From Mustelus asterias (lineage: Eukaryota): a stretch of 64,000 nt of DNA. The notes under the pieces were generated by a model that was not told the origin of the DNA, ran no database searches, and saw only the letters and a program-made list of their open reading frames with translations. The stretch lies in the NCBI RefSeq assembly GCF_964213995.1, contig NC_135809.1, positions 82,584,001-82,648,000 of the forward strand, written 5' to 3'. Below, one piece after another: positions 60,714 to 64,000 of this stretch. Position numbers and translations under genes: made by a program. Each line of letters opens with the position of its first letter. Position 1 is the stretch's first letter.

Positions 60714-61713
60714 ATTCCAATCTCTGGGTGAAGAAATTTCTCCTCACCTCAGTTCTAAAATGTTTACTCTTATCCTCAAACTATGACCCCTAGTTCTGGA
60801 CTCCCCCACCATTAGTTTCTGAATCTATCCTGTCGAACCCTGTTAGAATTTTATAAGTTTCTATGAGATCCCCTTTCACTCTTCTGACTCCAATTAATAC
60901 AATCCTAACTGGCTTAGTCTCTCCTCATATGACAGACCTCCCATCCCAGGAATCAGCCTGGTAAACCTTCGCTGTACTCCCTCTATAGCAAGGACATCCT
61001 TCTTCAGATGAGGAGACCAAAGCTGTACACGATCCGCCAGGTGTGGCCTCACCAATGCCCTATACATCTCTATTCCTATATTCAAATCCCCTCACTATGA
61101 AAGCCAATGTACCGTTTTCTTCCTCTACTGCCTGCTGTACCTGCATGCTTACTTTCAGCGATTGATGCACAAAGACACCAAGGTTGTTGTGTGATTTCAA
61201 GAAGAAATTAGATCTATCTCTTGGGGCGAAAGGGATTAAGAGCTGAGGGATGAGCTGATAGAAGTTTATAAAATTATGAGGGGCATAGATAAGGTGAACA
61301 GTGGAAGCATTTTCTCAGGGCAGAAATGACAATTATAAGGGGGCACAAGTTCAAGGTAAGGGGAGAAAGATTCAGTAGAGATGCGGGGGGGAGGTTTTTT
61401 ACACAGAGGGTGATGGGGGCCTGGAATGCACTGCCAAGCGAGGTGATTGAGACAGACACGTTAGTGACATTTAATACTTATTTGGATAGACTCATGAACA
61501 GATGGGGAATAGAGGGATACAGGTGGTTGGTCTAGATAGGACAACGTGATCAGTGCAGGCTTGGTGGGCCGAAGGGCTTGTTCCCGTGCTGTACTGTTCT
61601 TTATATGGGAGGAAAGGGGAATCAGGATATTGAATTTGATGATCAGCCATGATCATAATGAATGGCAGAAAGGCTCAAAGGGCAGAATGGCCTACTGCTT
61701 CCAGTTTCTATAT
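60714..61713 (+). mobile_element. 5'-inverted CR1 insertion, with a second CR1 nested at 61241-61602
   Basis: 60714-61183 is antisense CR1 and 61184-61713 the sense 3' end of the same subfamily as 37470-38178; AAGGA on both flanks. Confidence 0.8.
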
Positions 61714-63535
61714 AAGGAGTCAATACAGACAGAAGAGGAGCAAAAAGGATAAAATAAGTAAATACATGTTTAGGAGGTGTCTGCTCCAGTTTATCCAGAT
61801 GAAATTCTTTGTCCTCAGACTGGGTTCAGAATCTAAAGTGTATGAATAACAATACTTCTCTGCATCAAAAGCTAGTTTCCTGTCTCCTTGGGTCTCACTG
61901 ATCACTTGCCATTTCTCTGCTGAAAGGGCAGTGAGTTGGCCTGCTCCAAGTCTATGTCCAAGGAAGTCTTACATCATTCTCTAGAAGATATGTGAAGGTA
62001 AGCTGGCCTCAGGTTTTCCCTGCTCCCTTTCTGCAAGCACCAGATGTTGAATTGTCTCACACTGTTCTTTATGGAATAGAATCCAGGGAGCCCAGTGCTG
62101 GATATGCAGGTACCACTGATCTGGAAAGTAAGGGCACTTGTGAATAAAAGCACCTGGAGTCGTTCCCAACTCCTGGCCAGATGGGTACAGAGTTGGTTGT
62201 AGGAAGCGCAGATGTCAACCCATGGGACCTAAGCCCACCATTTCAAAAGAGTAGGTTACTATGGGGACACAGCAGAAAGAAAGTGGAATCAATGGAGATA
62301 AATTACTCGTACTACTTTTAATTGCCATTTTGCCATGTTTCCACATGGTTAAAATCAGGTTCTGTATGGTTAACACTCATTTCTCAGAGCTGTTCCCACC
62401 ATGCTGGCTAGCACAGAAAGAGCAACTCCAAGCAATTTCCCGGCACGGGGCAGGGAGCCTCACCAACAATGCCAGCCATTAGGTTGGAGTCCAGAACCAC
62501 TCCCAAATCTAAGACCTAACAATGAAGAAGTCTGTTGAGTAACTGAAGGCGGACGGACTCTGTTGTTTTTCAATGAACTCTCAGTGGAATAACATTGAAG
62601 AATTCAGTTCCTGCTATGAAATCTACCTTCAGTGAAAAGTGAAATAGATTTGCTTTACTTTCCAATCATGTTAAATCACCCGAGACCCTGAGAACCTTTG
62701 TGAGCTGCCCTGGTTTATTTAGTTGAATGAAAGGTATACTGTTCATCGTGTTCACTGATAAACCAGAGTGACAAGTCAGTAGTTTTGTTACAATATATTA
62801 GAAAATGTGGTTTTCTCTCTCTCTCTCTCTCTGTCTCTGTTCTAATATATTTCAATCCTACAATTAAATGATGTCTAAAAAGGTTTGGCGCAGACAGGTC
62901 ACTACAATCGTTGGAAGTATGTGGGAATATGAAAGAAGAAAGGAGAGAAGTGGACCTGGCTCTAGTCCAGGGGTTGCTGTTTCATGTTTGCTTAGTCTGC
63001 AGGAAAAATAAAAGACCATTCAAAGGCTTTGAAACCCCTTGGGGAGCAGATGCTAGTTGGTGTGTGTGAAAACTTCAGAAAGAGCTTGCTTTACAAAATC
63101 AAACGCAGGGTCTCCCCAGCACTGTTTCTCAGCTAATTAAAAAAAACACATGGAATAAATTGAATGACTTCAAAATGGCAATGCCCATTAACAACATTTA
63201 CACCTTGAATAGTATGCAACCCACTTGGAGTACAAGGATTAAGACTTCCTGTGAAATGGCGAAAAGTGTTTCATTATTTTTTGTATTTGTATAGAGGAGC
63301 TGACCCTGACTAAAATCTGGTGTGCCAGACTGGCTTGGCTTAAAACAGTGTGATTCTGACAACAAGAGGCAGAAATAGGTTCTTATCTTGGCTATTTCTC
63401 ACCTGCGAGTGATGGGTCTGACCACGTTGTCGCATTCACTCCAGCCCAGTAAACGGAGAAGGTTTCATAGAAAAACACCAGAACAAAAGTCCATCAATCA
63501 GTGGTCCACACATAATGTCATGAGAGCCCAGTGTT

Positions 63536-63838
63536 TAAAGTTTATTTATTCATGTCACAAGTAGGTTTACATTAACACTGCAATGAAGTTACTGTGAAAA
63601 TCCCCTAGTCGCCACACTCCGGCGCTTGTTCGGGTACACTGAGGGAGAATTTAGCATGGCCAATGCACCTAACCAGAATGTCTTTCAGACAGTGGGAGGA
63701 AACCGGAGCACCCGGAGGAAACCCACACAGACACAAGAAGAACGTGCAGATTCTGCACTGACAATGACCCAAACCAGAATCGAACCCGGGTCCCTGGCGC
63801 TGTGAGGCAGCAGTGCTAACCACTGTGCCACCGTGCCG
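63536..63838 (-). mobile_element. V-SINE copy
   Basis: Full-length reverse complement of the 4368-4677 family. Confidence 0.9.
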
Positions 63839-64000
63839 CACTGTGGGGAAGGGAAATGGTAGTTTCTGTCAAATGATTCATGAGCAAACCGTCAAAATTA
63901 TTTCGCAGAATGGCTCATTGCTAGGGCTTTCAAACAAGCACCAAGATATAGCTTGGCTGGTGATGAGGAAGACTCATCCCATTGGATCTTTCCTGTTTGG

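Noticed and set aside
61920-62640. Splice-like signals (AAG|GTAAGC at ~61999; minus-strand acceptor ~62628)
   Set aside because: The frames examined between candidate sites contain stops; not enough support for an exon.
1-64000. CRISPR arrays, rRNA, operons or prokaryotic defence systems
   Set aside because: The sequence is vertebrate repeat-rich DNA; no regular repeat-spacer array or rRNA-like segment was seen.

Overview
This window is eukaryotic, repeat-dominated DNA from a cartilaginous fish, most likely a galeomorph shark, judged from HE1/V-SINEs, HER1/CR1 LINEs and a SacSINE1-type DeuSINE. I could not confidently identify a host protein-coding gene, so the window is intergenic or deep-intronic. 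It holds one essentially intact CR1 LINE (minus strand, ORF1 zinc-finger/coiled-coil/SGNH esterase plus ORF2 APE-RT) and more than 15 truncated or decayed CR1 copies. Other LINE remnants are RTE, Tx1, L2 and Rex1/Babar. There is a Penelope-like (GIY-YIG) element, several Penelope terminal-repeat fragments with hammerhead-ribozyme motifs, a decayed Gypsy element, several solo LTRs, Harbinger-type relics and MITEs, a hAT-Charlie MITE and at least four SINE families. The most striking structure is a young ~240-bp non-coding insertion at 20433-20672: a 101-bp/101-bp near-perfect palindrome with a minimal hammerhead ribozyme on each strand and a 14-bp TSD. Also notable are a twin-primed 5'-inverted CR1, a solo LTR inserted into a tRNA-Pro primer-binding site, V-SINEs sharing one head but carrying two different LINE tails, and weak exon-like segments. 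Family names come from motif recognition, not database searches, and boundaries of old repeats are approximate.
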